Positions 63,705 through 64,000 of a stretch of DNA of 64,000 bases are shown in pieces. The notes under the pieces are model-generated. The model searched no databases. It saw only the letters and a list, made by a program, of their open reading frames with translations, and was not told the DNA's origin. The position numbers and the translations under genes are program-made. This DNA is from Felis catus. Lineage: Eukaryota. Location: the NCBI RefSeq assembly GCF_018350175.1, contig NC_058383.1, forward strand, positions 4,340,001-4,404,000, given 5' to 3'. The first letter of the stretch is position 1, and each line of letters begins with the position of its first letter.

Positions 63705-64000
63705 TGTGTTTTTTTTAAACTTAAAAAAATGTTTATTTCTTTATTTTGAGAGAGAGCAAGCAGGGGGAGGAGCAGAGAGGGAGAGAGAAAATCTCAAGCT
63801 GGCTCCAATGCTGTCAGCCAGAGCCTAATGCAGGGCTTGATCCCATGAACAGAAATCAAGGGTCGGACACTTCACCGACTGAAGCACTTAGGCGCCCCTC
63901 AATAAATGTATTTTTAAAATCACAATTTTTTGGGGTGGGGGAGGTACCGGGGTGGCTCAGTCAGTTAAGTGTCTGACTTCAGCTCAGGTCATGATCTCGT
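63705..64000. mobile_element. SINEs in the RNF216 intron: - 63705-63898 and + 63938 to the window edge
   Basis: SINEC bodies. Confidence 0.85.

Overview
GC-rich felid (cat-like) genomic DNA, judged from about 45 tRNA-derived carnivore SINEs of the SINEC_Fc type. It holds the complete FSCN1 (fascin-1) gene on the + strand: 5 coding exons, 35900-44230, 493 aa, all GT-AG introns. It also holds the last two coding exons and 3' UTR of RNF216 (TRIAD3) on the - strand, convergent with FSCN1. By mammalian synteny (ACTB-FSCN1-RNF216), the first 35 kb should be the ACTB-FSCN1 intergenic interval; ACTB itself is not in the window. That interval has no recognisable protein-coding gene but several orphan CpG-rich, motif-dense elements: twin CArG boxes, ZNF143/THAP11, ETS-AP1, CTCF, and tandem CCAAT with a splice donor. 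I see no evidence for a wholly new multi-gene system. The best leads are a candidate poison cassette exon and a GC-AG terminal intron in RNF216, orphan promoter-like elements, a degenerate TATA position in the FSCN1 promoter, a truncated U2 retrocopy, and nested or young SINE and L1 insertions with intact target-site duplications (TSDs). Repeat family names and boundaries were assigned by eye and are approximate.
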